Part shown: positions 38,301-53,300 of the stretch, in pieces
Layout: each line of letters starts with the position of its first letter
Numbering within the stretch: position 1 is the stretch's first letter
Origin: Nemertoderma westbladi
Lineage: Eukaryota; Animalia; Xenacoelomorpha
Direction of reading: 5' to 3'
Assembly: GCA_032718475.1 (NCBI GenBank)
Contig: JAUCBJ010008363.1
Coordinates: forward strand, 1 to 64,000
DNA length: 64,000 bases
Notes under the pieces: model-generated
What the model saw: the letters and a program-made list of their open reading frames with translations, nothing else
Databases searched by the model: none
What the model was told of the DNA's origin: nothing
Made by a program: the position numbers and the translations under genes

Positions 38301-41300
38301 AAAGATTGTTGTGTTCTAGAATATTTATTATAGTTTCATCGTATTCCCAAAACGGCTGGAGCCGAAGATTATATGTAATACAATAACTCAGTATTAAAGT
38401 CATGTCAAAATCCTTGGTGTTTTTCTGCAATAATTTATCAAAATCTCCTCTGATTTTTTACAAAAAACGACATCGATTTTCATATTCATGACTTCTATCC
38501 CAGTCCACAAGATACAGAATCTTAAACGAAAGATAAAAAACAGGTAACACTGACATTTATAGAAGTAAGCAGCTGTTATTTGCTTCGTCTTTCCCCTGGA
38601 GATGGTTGAATTTTGATTGTGTCAAAACACCCCTCCCTATCTGTGGCTGTCTGAATGGAGAGATAAGTAGCCTATCTCCCTGTTAATATTGTTGTGTTCT
38701 AGAATATTTATTATAGTTTCATCATATTGCTAATGTGGCTGGAGTTAAAGTTTTTATGTAATGCAATAATTCACCTCAAATATCTCAGTTTTTTCATGAA
38801 CGTAATGAAGTTTTAAAGCCATGTCAAAATCCTTGGTGTTTTTCAGCAATAATTTATTAAAATCTCCTCTGATTTTTTACAAAAAACGACATCGATTTTC
38901 ATATTAATGACTTCTAACCCACTCCAAGAGATGGACAATCTTAAATGAAAGTCAAAAAACAGGTAACACTTACATTTATAGAAGTAATCAGCTGTTATTT
39001 GCTTCGTCTTTCTCCTGGAGATGGTTGAATTTTGATTGTGTCAAAACACCCCTCCCTATCTGTGGCTGTCTGAATGGAGAGATAAGTAGCCTATCTCCCT
39101 GTTAATATTGTTGTGTTCTAGAATATTTATTATAGTTTCATCATATTGCTAATGTGCTGGAGTTAAAGTTATTATGTAATGCAATAATTCACCTCAAATA
39201 TCTCAGTTTTTTCATAAACGTAATGAAGTTTTAAAGCCATGTCAAAATCCTTGGGGTTTTTCAGCAATAATTTATTAAAATCTCCTCTTATTTTTTACAA
39301 AAAACGACATCGATTTTCATATTAATGACTTTTAACCCACTCCAAGAGATAGACAATCTTAAATGAAAGTCAAAAGAGCAGGTAACACTTATATTTATAG
39401 AAGTTATCAGCTGTTCTTTGCTTCGTCTTTCCCCTGGAGATGGATGAATTTTGATTGCGTCGGAACACCCCCTTTTTGAGGCTCTCAGAGTGAAGATAGA
39501 ATTAGGCTATCTCCCTGTTAATATTGTTGTGTTCTAGAATATTTGTTATAGTTTCATCGTATTGCCAAAGCGGCTGGAGCCGAAGTTAATATGGGATAAA
39601 ATAATTCACCTCAAATTTCTCAGCTATTTCATGAATATAATGAGTATTAAAGCCATGTCAAAATCCTTGGGCTTTCAGCAATAATTTATCAAAATATTCT
39701 CAGATTTTTTATAAAAAACGACATCGATTTTCATATTTATAACTTCTAACCCACTCCACGAGATTTAGAATCTTAAATGAAAGTCAAAAGAGCAGATAAC
39801 ACTTACATTTATAGAAGTAATCAGATGTTCTTTGCTTCGTCTTTCCCCTGGAGATGGATGCATTTTGATTGCGTCGGAACACCCCCTTTTTGAGGCTCTC
39901 AGAGTGAAGATATAAGTAGCCTATCTCCCTGTTAATATTGTTGTGTTCTAGAATATTTATTATAGTTTCATCGTATTGCCAAAGCGGCTGGAGCCGAAGT
40001 TAATATGTGATACAATAATTCACCTCAAATTTCTCAGCTATTTCATGAATATAATGAGTATTAAAGCCATGTCAAAATCCTTGGGGTTTTTCAGCAATAT
40101 ATTATCAAAATATCCTCTGATTTATTTCAAAAACCACATTGATTTTTATATTTATAACTTCTAACCCACTCCATGAGATAGCGAATCTTAAATGAAAGTC
40201 AAAAGAGCAGGTAACACTTAAATTTATAGAAGTAATCAGCTGTTCTTTGCTTTGTCCTTCCCCTGAAGATGGATGAAATTTGATTGCGTCGAAACACCCC
40301 GTTTTTGAGGCTCTCAGAGTGAAGAGATAAGTAGCCTATCTCCCTGTAAAGATTGTTGTGTTCTAGAATATTTATTATAGTTTCATCGTATTGCCAAAAC
40401 GGCTGGAGCCGAAGATTATATGTAATACAATAACTCAGTATTAAAGTCATGTCAAAATCCTTGGTGTTTTTCTGCAATAATTTATCAAAATCTCCACTGA
40501 TTTTTTACAAAAAACGACATCGATTTTCATATTCATGACTTTTATCCCAGTCTACAAGATACAGAATCTTAAACGAAAGTTAAAAAACAGGTATCACTTA
40601 CATTTATAGAAGTAAGCAGCTGTTATTTGCTTCGTCTTTCCCCTGGAGATGGTTGAATTTTGATTGTGTCAAAACACCCCTCCCTATCTGTGGCTGTCTG
40701 AATGGAGAGATAAGTAGCCTATCTCCCTGTTAATATTGTTGTGTTCTCGAATATTTATTATAGTTTCATCATATTGCTAATGTGGCTGGAGTTAAAGTTA
40801 TTATGTAATGCAATAATTCACCTCAAATATCTCAGTTTTTTCATGAACGTAATGAAGTTTTAAAGCCATGTCAAAATCCTTGGGGTTTTTCAGCAATAAT
40901 TTATTAAAATCTCCTCTGATTTTTTATAAAAAACGACATCGATTTTCATATTAATGACTCCTAACCCACTCCAAGAGATAGACAATCTTAAATGAAAGTC
41001 AAAAGAGCAGGTAACACTTATATTTATAGAAGTAATCAGCTGTTCTTTGCTTCGTCTTTCCCCTGGAGATGGATGAATTTTGATTGCGTCGGAACACCCC
41101 CTTTTTGAGGCTCTCAGAGTGAAGAGATATGTAGCCTATCTCCCTGTTAATATTGTTGTATTCTAGAATATTTATTATAGTTTCATCGTATTGCCAAAAA
41201 GCGGCTGGAGCCGAAGTTAATATGTGATACAATAATTCACCTCAAATTTCTCAGCTATTTCATGAATATAATGAGTATTAAATCCTTGTCAAAATCCTTG

Positions 41301-44300
41301 GTGTTTTTCAGCAATAATTTATTAAAATCTCCTCTGATTTTTTACAAAAAACGACATCGATTTTCATATTCATGACTTCTAACCCACTCCACAAGATAAA
41401 GAATCTTAAATGAAAGTCAAAAGAACAGGTAACACTTACATTTATCGAAGTAATCAGCTGTTCTTTGCTTCGTCTTTCCCCTGGAGATGGGGGAATTTTG
41501 ATTGCGTTGGAACACCCCTTTTTTGAGGCTTTCATAGTGAAGAGATAAGTAACCTATATCCTTGTTAATATTGTTGTGTTCTAGAATATTTATTATAGTT
41601 TCACCGTATTGCTAATGTGGCGGGAGTTAAAGTTATTATGTAATGCAATAATTCACCTCAAATATCTCAGTTTTTTCATGAACATAATGAAGTATTAAAG
41701 CCATGTCAAAATCCTTGGTGTTTTTCAGCAATAATTAATAAAAATATCCTTTGATTTTTTTCAAAAACCACATAGATTTTCATATATATAACTTCTAACC
41801 CACTCCATGAGATAGCGAATCTTAAATGAAAGTCAAAAGAACTGGTAACACTTACATTTATAGAAGTAATCAGCTGTTCTTTGCTTCGTCTTTCCCCTGG
41901 AGATGGATGAATTTTGATTGCGTCGGAACACCCCCTTTTTGAGGCTCTCAGAGTGAAGAGATATGTAGCCTATCTCCCTGTTAATATTGTTGTGTTCTAG
42001 AATATTTATTATAGTTTCATTGTATTGCCAAAGCGGCTGGAGCCGAAATTAATATGTAATACAATAACTCAGTATTAAAGTCATGTCAAAATCCTTGGTG
42101 TTTTTCTGCAATAATTTATCAAAATCTCCTCTGATTTTTTACAAAAAACGACATCGATTTTTATATTCATGACTTCTATCCCAGTCCACAAGATACAGAA
42201 TCTTAAACGAAAGTCAAAAAACAGGTAACACTTACATTTATAGAAGTAATCAGCTGTTATTTGCTTCGTCTTTCCCCTGGAGATGGTTGAATTTTGATTG
42301 TGTCAAAACACCCCTCCCTATCTGTGGCTGTCTGAATGGAGAGATAAGTAGCCTATCTCCCTGTTAATATTGTTGTGTTCTAGAATATTTATTATAGTTT
42401 CATCATATTGCTAATGTGGCTGGAGTTAAAGTTTTTATGTAATGCAATAATTCACCTCAAATATCTCAGTTTTTTCATGAACGTAATGAAGTTTTAAAGC
42501 CATGTCAAAATCCTTGGGGTTTTTCAGCAATAATTTATTACAATCTCCTCTGATTTTTTACAAAAAACGACATCGATTTTCATATTAATGACTTCTAACC
42601 CACTCCAAGAGATAGACAATCTTAAATGAAAGTCAAAAGAGCAGGTAACACTTATATTTATAGAAGTATTCAGCTGTTCTTTGCTTCGTCTTTCCCCTGG
42701 AGATGGATGAATTTTGATTGCGTCGGAACACCCCCTTTTTGAGGCTCTCAGAGTGAAGAGATAAGTAGCCTATCTCCCTATAAAGATTGTTGTGTTCTAG
42801 AATATTTATTATAGTTTCATCGTATTGCCAAAGCGGCTGGAGCCGAAGTTAATATGTAATACAATAACTCAGTATTAAAGTCATGTCAAAATCCTTGGTG
42901 TTTTTCTGCAATAATTTATCAAAATCTCCTCTGATTTTTTACAAAAAACGACATCGATTTTCATATTCATGACTTCTATCCCAGTCCACAAGATACAGAA
43001 TCTTAAACGAAAGTCAAAAAACAGGTAACACTTACATTTATAGAAGTAATCAGCTGTTATTTGCTTCGTCTTTCCCCTGGAGATGGTTGAATTTTGATTG
43101 TGTCAAAACACCCCTCCCTATCTGTGGCTGTCTGAATGGAGAGATAAGTAGCCTATCTCCCTGTTAATATTGTTGTGTTCTAGAATATTTATTATAGTTT
43201 CATCATATTGCTAATGTGGCTGGAGTTAAAGTTTTTATGTAATGCAATAATTCACCTCAAATATCTCAGTTTTTTCATGAACGTAATAAAGTTTTAAAGC
43301 CATGTCAAAATCCTTGCGGTTTTTCAGCAATAATTTATTACAATCTCCTCTGATTTTTTACAAAAAACGACATCGATTTTCATATTAATGACTTCTAACC
43401 CACTCCAAGAGATAGACAATCTTAAATGAAAGTCAAAAGAGCAGGTAACACTTATATTTATAGAAGTAATCAGCTGTTCTTTGCTCCGTCTTTCCCCTGG
43501 AGAAGGATGAATTTTGATTGCGTCGGAACACCCCCTTTTTGAGGCTCTCAGAGTGAAGAGATAAGTAGCCTATCTCCCTATTAAGATTGTTGTGTTCTAG
43601 AATATTTATTATAGTTTCATCGTATTGGCAAAGCGGCTGGAGCCGAAGTTAATATGTAATACAATAACTCAGTATTAAAGTCATGTCAAAATCCTTGGTG
43701 TTTTTCTGCAATAATTTATCAAAATCTCCTCTGATTTTTTACAAAAAACGACATCGATTTTCATATTCATGACTTCTATCCCAGTCCACAAGATACAGAA
43801 TCTTAAACGAAAGTCAAAAAACAGGTAACACTTACATTTATAGAAGTAATCAGCTGTTATTTGCTTCGTCTTTCCCCTGGAGATGGTTGAATTTTGATTG
43901 TGTCGAAACACCCCTCCCTATCTGTGGCTGTCTGAATGGAGAGATAAGTAGCCTATCTCCCTGTTAATATTGTTGTGTTCTAGAATATGTATTATAGATT
44001 CATCATATTGCTAATGTGGCTGGAGTTAAAGTTATTATGTAATGCAATAATTCACCTCAAATATCTCAGTTTTTTCATGAACGTAATGAAGTATTAAAGC
44101 CATGTCAAAATCCTTGGGGTTTTTCAGCAATAATTTATTAAAATCTCCTCTGATTTTTTACAAAAAACGACATTGATTTTCATATTCATGTCTTCTAACC
44201 CACTCCAAGAGATAGACAATCTAAAACAAAAGTCAAAAGAACAGGTAACACTTACATTTATAGAAGTAATCAGCTATTCTTTGCTTCGCCTTTCCCCTGG

Positions 44301-47300
44301 AGATGGATGAATTGTGATTGAGTCGGAACACCCCCTTTCTGAGGCTCTCAGAGTGGAGAGATAAGTAGCCTATTTCCCTGTTAATATTGTTCTGTTGTAG
44401 AATATTTATTATAGTTTCATCGTATTGCTAATGTGGCTGGAGTTAAAGTTATTATGTAATACAATAATTCACCTCTATATATCTCAGCTAGTTCATGAAT
44501 ATAATGAGTATAAAATCCTTGTCAAAATCCTTGGGGTTTTTCAGCAATAATTTATCAAAATATCCTCTGAATTTTTCAAAAACCACATCGATTTTCATAT
44601 TTATAACTTCTAACCCACTCCATGAGATAGAGAATCTTAAATAAAAGTCAAAAGATCAGGTAACACTGGTAACACAGTGAAGAGATAAGTAGCCTATCTC
44701 CCTGTTAATATTGTTGTGTTCTAGAATATTTATTATAGTTTCATCGTATTGCCAAAGAGACTGGAGCTGAAGTTAATATATAATGCAACAATTCACCTCA
44801 AGTATCTCAGCTATTTCATGAACATAATGAAGTATTAAAGCCATGTCAAAATCCTTGGTGTTTTTCAGCAATAATTCATCATAATATACTTTGATTTTTT
44901 TCAAAAACCACATCGATTTTCATATTCATGACTTCTATCCCAGTCCACAAGATAAAGAATCTTAAACGAAAGTCAAAAAACAGGTAACACTTACATTTAT
45001 AGAAGTAATCAGCTGTTATTTGCTTCGTCTTTCCCCTGGAGATGGTTGAATTTTGATTGTGTCAAAACACCCCTCCCTATCTGTGGCTGTCTGAATGGAG
45101 AGATAAGTAGCCTATCTCCCTGTTAATATTGTTGTGTTCTAGAATATTTATTATAGTTTCATCATATTGCTAATGTGGCTGGAGTTAAAGTTTTTATGTA
45201 ATGCAATAATTCACCTCAAATATCTCAGTTTTTTCATGAACGTAATAAAGTTTTAAAGCCATGTCAAAATCCTTGGGGTTTTTCAGCAATAATTTATTAC
45301 AATCTCCTCTGATTTTTTACAAAAAACGACATCGATTTTCATATTAATGACTTCTAACCCACTCCAAGAGATAGACAATCTTAAATGAAAGTCAAAAGAG
45401 CAGGTAACACTTATATTTATAGAAGTATTCAGCTGTTCTTTGCTTCGTCTTTCCCCTTGAGATGGATGAATTTTGATTGCGTCGGAACACCCCCTTTTTG
45501 AGGCTCTCAGAGTGAAGAGATAAGTAGCCTATCTCCCTATAAAGATTGTTGTGTTCTAGAATATTTATTATAGTTTCATCGTATTGCCAAAGCGGCTGGA
45601 GCCGAAGTTAATATGTAATACAATAACTCAGTATTAAAGTCATGTCAAAATCCTTGGTGTTTTTCTGCAATAATTTATCAAAATCTCCTCTGATTTTTTA
45701 CAAAAAACGACATCGATTTTCATATTCATGACTTCTATCCCAGTCCACAAGATACAGAATCTTAAACGAAAGTCAAAAAACAGGTAACACTTACATTTAT
45801 AGAAGTAATCAGCTGTTATTTGCTTCGTCTTTCCCCTGGAGATGGTTGAATTTTGATTGTGTCAAAACACCCCTCCCTATCTGTGGCTGTCTGAATGGAG
45901 AGATAAGTAGCCTATCTCCCTGTTAATATTGTTGTGTTCTAGAATATTTATTATAGTTTCATCATATTGCTAATGTGGCTGGAGTTAAAGTTTTTATGTA
46001 ATGCAATAATTCACCTCAAATATCTCAGTTTTTTCATGAACGTAATAAAGTTTTAAAGCCATGTCAAAATCCTTGGGGTTTTTCAGCAATAATTTATTAC
46101 AATCTCCTCTGATTTTTTACAAAAAACGACATCGATTTTCATATTAATGACTTCTAACCCACTCCAAGAGATAGACAATCTTAAATGAAAGTCAAAAGAG
46201 CAGGTAACACTTATATTTATAGAAGTAATCAGCTATTCTTTGCTTCGTCTTTCCCCTGGAGATGGATGAATTTTGATTGCGTCGGAACACCCCCTTTTTG
46301 AGGCTCTCAGAGTGAAGAGATAAGTAGCCTATCTCCCTATAAAGATTGTTGTGTTCTAGAATATTTATTATAGTTTCATCGTATTGCCAAAGCGGCTGGA
46401 GCCGAAGTTAATATGTAATACAATAACTCAGTATTAAAGTCATGTCAAAATCCTTGGTGTTTTTCTGCAATAATTTATCAAAATCTCCTCTGATTTTTTA
46501 CAAAAAACGACATCGATTTTCATATTCATGACTTCTATCCCAGTCCACAAGATACAGAATCTTAAACGAAAGTCAAAAAACAGGTAACACTTACATTTAT
46601 AGAAGTAATCAGCTGTTATTTGCTTCGTCTTTCCCCTGGAGATGGTTGAATTTTGATTGTGTCAAAACACCCCTCCCTATCTGTGGCTGTCTGAATGGAG
46701 AGATAAGTAGCCTATCTCCCTGTTAATATTGTTGTGTTCTAGAATATTTATTATAGTTTCATCATATTGCTAATGTGGCTGGAGTTAAAGTTTTTATGTA
46801 ATGCAATAATTCACCTCAAATATCTCAGTTTTTTCATGAACGTAATAAAGTTTTAAAGCCATGTCAAAATCCTTGGGGTTTTTCAGCAATAATTTATTAC
46901 AATCTCCTCTGATTTTTTACAAAAAACGACATCGATTTTCATATTAATGACTTCTAACCCACTCCAAGAGATAGACAATCTTAAATGAAAGTCAAAAGAG
47001 CAGGTAACACTTATATTTATAGAAGTATTCAGCTGTTCTTTGCTTCGTCTTTCCCCTGGAGATGGATGAATTTTGATTGCGTCGGAACACCCCCTTTTTG
47101 AGGCTCTCAGAGTGAAGAGATAAGTAGCCTATCTCCCTATAAAGATTGTTGTGTTCTAGAATATTTATTATAGTTTCATCGTATTGGCAAAGCGGCTGGA
47201 GCCGAAGTTAATATGTTATACAATAACTCAGTATTAAAGTCATGTCAAAATCCTTGGTGTTTTTCTGCAATAATTTATCAAAATCTCCTCTGATTTTTTA

Positions 47301-50300
47301 CAAAAAACGACATCGATTTTCATATTCATGACTTCTATCCCAGTCCACAAGATACAGAATCTTAAACGAAAGTCAAAAAACAGGTAACACTTACATTTAT
47401 AGAAGTAATCAGCTGTTATTTGCTTCGTCTTTCCCCTGGAGATGGTTGAATTTTGATTGTGTCGAAACACCCCTCCCTATCTGTGGCTGTCTGAATGGAG
47501 AGATAAGTAGCCTATCTCCCTGTTAATATTGTTGTGTTCTAGAATATGTATTATAGATTCATCATATTGCTAATGTGGCTGGAGTTAAAGTTATTATGTA
47601 ATGCAATAATTCACCTCAAATATCTCAGTTTTTTCATGAACGTAATGAAGTATTAAAGCCATGTCAAAATCCTTGGGGTTTTTCAGCAATAATTTATTAA
47701 AATCTCCTCTGATTTTTTACAAAAAACGACATTGATTTTCATATTCATGTCTTCTAACCCACTCCAAGAGATAGACAATCTAAAACAAAAGTCAAAAGAA
47801 CAGGTAACACTTACATTTATAGAAGTAATCAGCTATTCTTTGCTTCGCCTTTCCCCTGGAGATGGATGAATTGTGATTGAGTCGGAACACCCCCTTTCTG
47901 AGGCTCTCAGAGTGGAGAGATAAGTAGCCTATTTCCCTGTTAATATTGTTCTGTTGTAGAATATTTATTATAGTTTCATCGTATTGCTAATGTGGCTGGA
48001 GTTAAAGTTATTATGTAATACAATAATTCACCTCTATATATCTCAGCTAGTTCATGAATATAATGAGTATAAAATCCTTGTCAAAATCCTTGGGGTTTTT
48101 CAGCAATAATTTATCAAAATATCCTCTGAATTTTTCAAAAACCACATCGATTTTCATATTTATAACTTCTAACCCACTCCATGAGATAGAGAATCTTAAA
48201 TAAAAGTCAAAAGATCAGGTAACACTGGTAACACAGTGAAGAGATAAGTAGCCTATCTCCCTGTTAATATTGTTGTGTTCTAGAATATTTATTATAGTTT
48301 CATCGTATTGCCAAAGAGACTGGAGCTGAAGTTAATATATAATGCAACAATTCACCTCAAGTTTCTCAGCTATTTCATGAACATAATGAAGTATTAAAGC
48401 CATGTCAAAATCCTTGGTGTTTTTCAGCAATAATTCATCATAATATACTTTGATTTTTTTCAAAAACCACATCGATTTTCATATTCATGACTTCTATCCC
48501 AGTCCACAAGATAAAGAATCTTAAACGAAAGTCAAAAAACAGGTAACACTTACATTTATAGAAGTAATCAGCTGTTATTTGCTTCGTCTTTCCCCTGGAG
48601 ATGGTTAAATTTTGATTGTGTCAAAACACCCCTCCCTATCTGTGGCTGTCTGAGTGGAGAGATAAGTAGCCTATCTCCCTGTTAATATTGTTGTGTTCTA
48701 GAATATTTTTTATAGTTTCATCGTATTGCCAAAGCGGCTGGAGCAGAAATTAATATGTAATGCAATAATTCACCTCAAATTTCTCAGCTATTTCATGAAT
48801 ATAATGAGTATTAAATCCTTGTCAAAATCCTTGGTGTTTTTCAGCAATAATTTATTAAAATCTCCTCTGATTTTTTTACAAAAAACGACATTGATTTTCA
48901 TATTCATGTCTTCTAACCCACTCCAAGAGATAGACAATCTTAAACGAAAGTCAAAAGAACAAGTAACACTTACATTTATAGAAGTGATCAGCTATTCTTT
49001 GCTTCACCTTTCCCCTGGAGATGGATGAATTTTGATTGCGTCGGAACACCCCCTTTTGAGGCTCTCAGAGTGAAGAGATAAGTAGCCTATCTTCCTGTTA
49101 ATATTGTTGTGTTCTAGAATATTTATTATAGTTTCATCGTATTGCCAAAGCGGCTGGAGCCAAAGTTAATATGTAATGCAATAATTCACCTCAAATATCT
49201 CAGCTAGTTCATGAATATAATGAGTATTAAATCCTTGTCAAAATCCTTGGTGTTTTTCAGCAATAATTTATTAAAATCTCCTCTGATTTTTTACAAAAAA
49301 CGACATAGATTTTCATATTCATGACTTCTAACCCACTCCAAGAGATAGACAATCTTAAATGAAAGTCAAAAGAGCAGGTAACACTTACATTTATAGAAGT
49401 AATCAGCTGTTCTTTGCTTCGTCTTTCCCCTGGAGATGGATGAATTTTGATTGCGTCGGAACACCCCCTTTTTGAGGCTCTCAGAGTGAAGATATAAGTA
49501 GCCTATCTCCCTGTTAATATTATTGTGTTCTAGAATATTTATTATAGTTTCATCGTATTGCCAAAGCGGCTGGAGCCGAAGTTAATATGAGATACAATAA
49601 TTCACCTCAAATTTCTCAGCTATTTCATGAATATAATGCGTATTAAAGCCATGTCAAAATCCTTGGGGTTTTTCAGCAATAATTTATCAAAATATCCTCT
49701 GAATTTTTTCAAAAACCACATCGATTTTTATATTAATAACTTCTAACCCACTCCATGAGATAGAGAATCTTAAATGAAAGTCAAAAGAACAGGTAACACT
49801 AGTAACACAGTGAAGAGATAAGTAGCCTATATCCCTGTTAATATTGTTGTGTTCTAGAATATTTATTATAGATTCATCGTATTGCCAAAGAGACTGGAGC
49901 TGAAGTTAATATATAATGCAACAATTCACCTCAAGTATCTCAGCTATTTCATGAACATAATGAAGTATTAAAGCCATGTCAAAATCTATGGTATTTTTCA
50001 GCAATAATTAATCATAATATCCTTTGATTTTATTCAAAAACCACATCGATTTTCATATTCATGACTTCTATCCCAGTCCACAAGATAAAGAATCTTAAAC
50101 AAAAGTCAAAAAACAGGTAACACTTACATTTATAGAATTAATCAGCTGTTTTTTGCTTCGTCTTTCCCCTGGAGATGGTTAAATTTTGATTGTGTCAAAA
50201 CACCCCCCTCTATCTGTGGCTGTCTGAGTGGAGAGATAAGAAGCCTATCTCCCTGTTAATATTGTTGTGTTCTAGAATATTTTTTATAGTTTCATCGTAT

Positions 50301-53300
50301 TGCCAAATCGGTTGGAGCCGAAGTTAATATGTAATACAATAATTCACCTCAAATTTCTCAGCTATTTCATGAATATAATGAGTATTAAAGCCATGTCAAA
50401 ATCCTTGGAGTTTTTCAGCAATAATTTATCAAAATCTCCTCTGATTTTTTTCAAAAACCACATCAATTTTCATATTTATAACTTCTATCCCACTCCACGA
50501 GATAGAGAATCTTAAACGAAAGTCATAAGAACAGGTAACACTTTCATTTATAGAAGTAATCAGCTATTATTTGCTTCGTCTTTCCCCTGGAGATGGTTTG
50601 CATTTTGATTGTGTCAAAACACCCATCCCTCTATCTGTGGCTGTCTGAATGGAGAGATAAGTAGCCTATCTCCCTGTTAATATTGTTGTTTTCTAGAATA
50701 TTTATTATAGTTTCATCGTATTGCTAATGTGACTGGAGTTAAAGTTATTATGTAATGCAATAATTCACCTCAAATATCTCAGTTTTTTCATGAACATAAT
50801 GAAGTATTAAAGCCATGTCAAAATCCTTGGTGTTTTTCAGTAACAATTTATCAAAATATCCTCTGATTTTTTTTCAAAAACCACATCGATTTTCATATTT
50901 ACAACTTCTAACCAAATCCACGAGATAGAGAATCTTAAACGAAAGTCATAAGAACAGGTAACACTTTCATTTATAGAAGTAATCAGCTGTTATTTGCTTC
51001 GTCTTTCCCCTGCAGATGGATGAATTTTGATGGCGTCGGAACACCCCATTTCTGAGGCTCTCAGAGTGGAGAGATAAGTAGCCTATCTCCCTGTTAATAT
51101 TGTTGTGTTCTAGAATATTTATTATAGTTTCATCGTATTGCCAAAGCGGCTGGAGCCAAAGTTAATATGTAATGCAATAATTCACCTCAAATTTCTCAGC
51201 TATTTCTTCAACATAATGAAGTATTAAAGTCATGTCAAAATCCTTGGTGTTTTTCTGCAATAATTTATCAAAATATCCTTTGATTTTTTACAAAAAACGA
51301 CATCGATTTTCATATTCATGACTTATAACCCACTACAAGAGATAGACAATCTTAAATGAAAGTCAAAAGAGCAGGTAACACTTACATTTATAGAAGTAAT
51401 CAGCTGTTCTTTGCTTCGTCTTTCCCCTGGAGATGGATGAATTTTGATTGCGTCGGAACACCCCCTTTTTGAGGCTCTCAGAGTGAAGAGATAAGTAGCC
51501 TATCTCCCTGTTAATATTGTTGTGTTCTAGAATATTTATTATAGTTTCATCGTATTGCCAAAGCGGCTGGAGCCGAAGTTAATATGTGATACAATAATTC
51601 ACCTCAAATTTCTCAGCTATTTCATGAATATAATGAGTATTAAAGCCATGTCAAAATCCTTGGGGTTTTTCAGCAATATTTTATCAAAATATCCTCTGAT
51701 TTATTTCAAAAACCACATTGATTTTTATATTTATAACTTCTAAACCACTCCATGAGATAGCGAATCTTAAATGAAAGTCAAAAGAACAGGTAACACTTAC
51801 ATTTATAGAATATAAGTAATCAGTTGTTCTTTGCTTCGTCTTTCCCCTGAAGATGGATGAAATTTGATTGCGTCGAAACACCCCGTTTTTGAGGCTCTCA
51901 GAGTAAAGAGATAAGTAGCCTATCTCCCTGTAAAGATTGTTGTGTTCTAGAATATTTATTATAGTTTCATCGTATTCCCAAAACGGCTGGAGCCGAAGAT
52001 TATATGTAATACAATAACTCAGTATTAAAGTCATGTCAAAATCCTTGGTGTTTTTCTGCAATAATTTATCAAAATCTCCTCTGATTTTTTACAAAAAACG
52101 ACATTGATTTTCATATTCATGTCTTCTAACCCACTCCAAGAGATAGACAATCTAAAACAAAAGTCAAAAGAACAGGTAACACTTACATTTATAGAAGTAA
52201 TCAGCTATTCTTTGCTTCGCCTTTCCCCTGGAGATGGATGAATTGTGATTGAGTCGGAACACCCCCTTTCTGAGGCTCTCAGAGTGGAGAGATAAGTAGC
52301 CTATTTCCCTGTTAATATTGTTCTGTTGTAGAATATTTATTATAGTTTCATCGTATTGCTAATGTGGCTGGAGTTAAAGTTATTATGTAATACAATAATT
52401 CACCTCTATATATCTCAGCTAGTTCATGAATATAATGAGTATAAAATCCTTGTCAAAATCCTTGGGGTTTTTCAGCAATAATTTATCAAAATATCCTCTG
52501 AATTTTTCAAAAACCACATCGATTTTCATATTTATAACTTCTAACCCACTCCATGAGATAGAGAATCTTAAATAAAAGTCAAAAGATCAGGTAACACTGG
52601 TAACACAGTGAAGAGATAAGTAGCCTATCTCCCTGTTAATATTGTTGTGTTCTAGAATATTTATTATAGTTTCATCGTATTGCCAAAGAGACTGGAGCTG
52701 AAGTTAATATATAATGCAACAATTCACCTCAAGTATCTCAGCTATTTCATGAACATAATGAAGTATTAAAGCCATGTCAAAATCCTTGGTGTTTTTCAGC
52801 AATAATTCATCATAATATACTTTGATTTTTTTCAAAAACCACATCGATTTTCATATTCATGACTTCTATCCCAGTCCACAAGATAAAGAATCTTAAACGA
52901 AAGTCAAAAAACAGGTAACACTTACATTTATAGAAGTAATCAGCTGTTATTTGCTTCGTCTTTCCCCTGGAGATGGTAAAATTTTGATTGTGTCAAAACA
53001 CCCCTCCCTATCTGTGGCTGTCTGAGTGGAGAGATAAGTAGCCTATCTCCCTGTTAATATTGTTGTGTTCTAGAATATTTTTTATAGTTTCATCGTATTG
53101 CCAAAGCGGCTGGAGCAGAAATTAATATGTAATGCAATAATTCACCTCAAATTTCTCAGCTATTTCATGAATATAATGAGTATTAAATCCTTGTCAAAAT
53201 CCTTGGTGTTTTTCAGCAATAATTTATTAAAATCTCCTCTGATTTTTTTACAAAAAACGACATTGATTTTCATATTCATGTCTTCTAACCCACTCCAAGA

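Noticed and set aside
41500-41520. CENP-B box-like TTGCGTTGGAACACCCC in the monomer
   Set aside because: It lacks the essential TTCG and CGGG positions of NTTCGNNNNANNCGGGN.
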